From a virus (lineage: Duplodnaviria > Caudoviricetes), in the IMG/VR virus record IMGVR_UViG_3300025007_000005, positions 1-25,102 of that record: a stretch of DNA of 25,102 nt. The stretch is one strand, 5' to 3'. Under the pieces are notes generated by a model. That model worked only from the letters and a program-made list of their open reading frames with translations. It searched no databases and was not told the origin of the DNA. Below are positions 24,440 to 25,102 of this stretch, in pieces. Both the position numbers and the translations under genes were made by a program. Every line of letters starts with the position of its first letter. Positions within the stretch are counted from its first letter, which is position 1.

Positions 24440-24490
24440 CGAAAGGGGCAGCAAGCCCGCCCCTTCCGAAAGGACCCGAAGGAGACCACG

Positions 24491-25096
24491 ATGGGCAATC
24501 CCGCAACGCTTACCGATATCGACGGCATCGGCCCGGCCACGGCAAAGAAGCTGGAAGCCGCCGGCATCAAGACGGTTGCCGATCTGGCCGGTGCCGAGGC
24601 CGACATGCTCGAGCAGCTGGACGGCATGCCGCCGGGCGCAAAGTTCGCCGAATGGATCGCCGCTGCCAAGCCCGCACCGGTCGAGAAGAAACCCGAGGCA
24701 GCGCCCAAGGCACCCAAGGCCAAGGCACAGCCTGCCGCAAAACCGGTGGCCAAGGCCGCCAAGGCCGCACCCGCAAACGAAATCGCGGCAGGTCCGATGA
24801 TCGTGGTCACGGGGCCGAAGAAGGGCTTCCGCCGCGCCGGCTTCCGCTTCGATCGCCAGCCGCGCGCCATCCCGCTGACCGAATTCGGCGACGACATCGA
24901 TGGCCTGCGCCGCGTGCTATCGATCCTCAACGAAGATCGCCTGAGCGTGGTGTGCCCCGATCCCGACGGCGTAGAGCACACGCCCGATCGCGATGCGGTG
25001 GAAGAGCTGACCGCGCTGATGGCAGCCGGCGGGAAACGCGAAGTAGATCCCGAAGATCTGCACGCGCTGGTCGCGCGCGTCTTCGGCGGCATCTGA
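24491..25096 (+). CDS. Mu gp35-like protein with N-terminal helix-hairpin-helix domain and Ala/Pro/Lys linker
   Basis: LTDIDGIGPATAKKLEAAGIKTVADLA (HhH) and GFRRAGFRF motif. AAGGAG RBS. Confidence 0.8.
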   Translation: MGNPATLTDIDGIGPATAKKLEAAGIKTVADLAGAEADMLEQLDGMPPGAKFAEWIAAAKPAPVEKKPEAAPKAPKAKAQPAAKPVAKAAKAAPANEIAAGPMIVVTGPKKGFRRAGFRFDRQPRAIPLTEFGDDIDGLRRVLSILNEDRLSVVCPDPDGVEHTPDRDAVEELTALMAAGGKREVDPEDLHALVARVFGGI

Positions 25097-25102
25097 TCCA
25101 TG

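Larger units (their letters stand above)
111..25102 (+). mobile_element. Mu-like transposable prophage (left end to head genes; continues beyond the window)
   Basis: TG terminus at 111 flanked by CCCGG. MuA, MuB, GemA, Mor, DUF3486 TerS, gp28 TerL, DUF935 portal, gpF, gpG, protease I and gpT occur in Mu order. Confidence 0.97.

Noticed and set aside
1-25102. Frequent CGATCG/GATC words
   Set aside because: They are spread through coding regions and consistent with codon usage and host-wide bias. Enrichment cannot be assessed without counts.

Overview
This window holds the left ~25 kb of an apparently intact Mu-like (transposable) prophage from a high-GC bacterium, inferred to be an alphaproteobacterium and probably Sphingomonadales. 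The prophage begins with TG at 111 and interrupts a host luciferase-like (LLM) monooxygenase gene. From the left end the order is: end region; a leftward lysogeny operon (S24/CI-type repressor, lipoprotein, three small ORFs); divergent Cro/Ner; an expanded early region (ParB-like, N6-adenine MTase, LexA DNA-binding-domain-only protein, two antisense genes); MuA and MuB; DnaA-domain-IV protein, GemA and Mor/C; lysis genes (GH108 endolysin, nested spanins, TraR/DksA finger, holin-like); and head genes (TerS, TerL, portal, MuF, gpG, protease/scaffold, cement, major capsid, gp35-like). The tail genes and right end lie beyond the window. The most notable signal is at MuF, which carries a C-terminal PBECR-like nuclease domain but has no protein immunity gene. 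Instead, an antisense sigma70-like promoter would drive a ~65-nt structured RNA with an anticodon-arm-like hairpin over the toxin 3' end, a candidate RNA antitoxin. Also notable are a candidate relocated strong gyrase site between terL and portal, an identical 21-bp palindromic late-promoter element in two copies, and antisense genes embedded in the early operon. All family assignments come from motif recognition by eye, not database searches.
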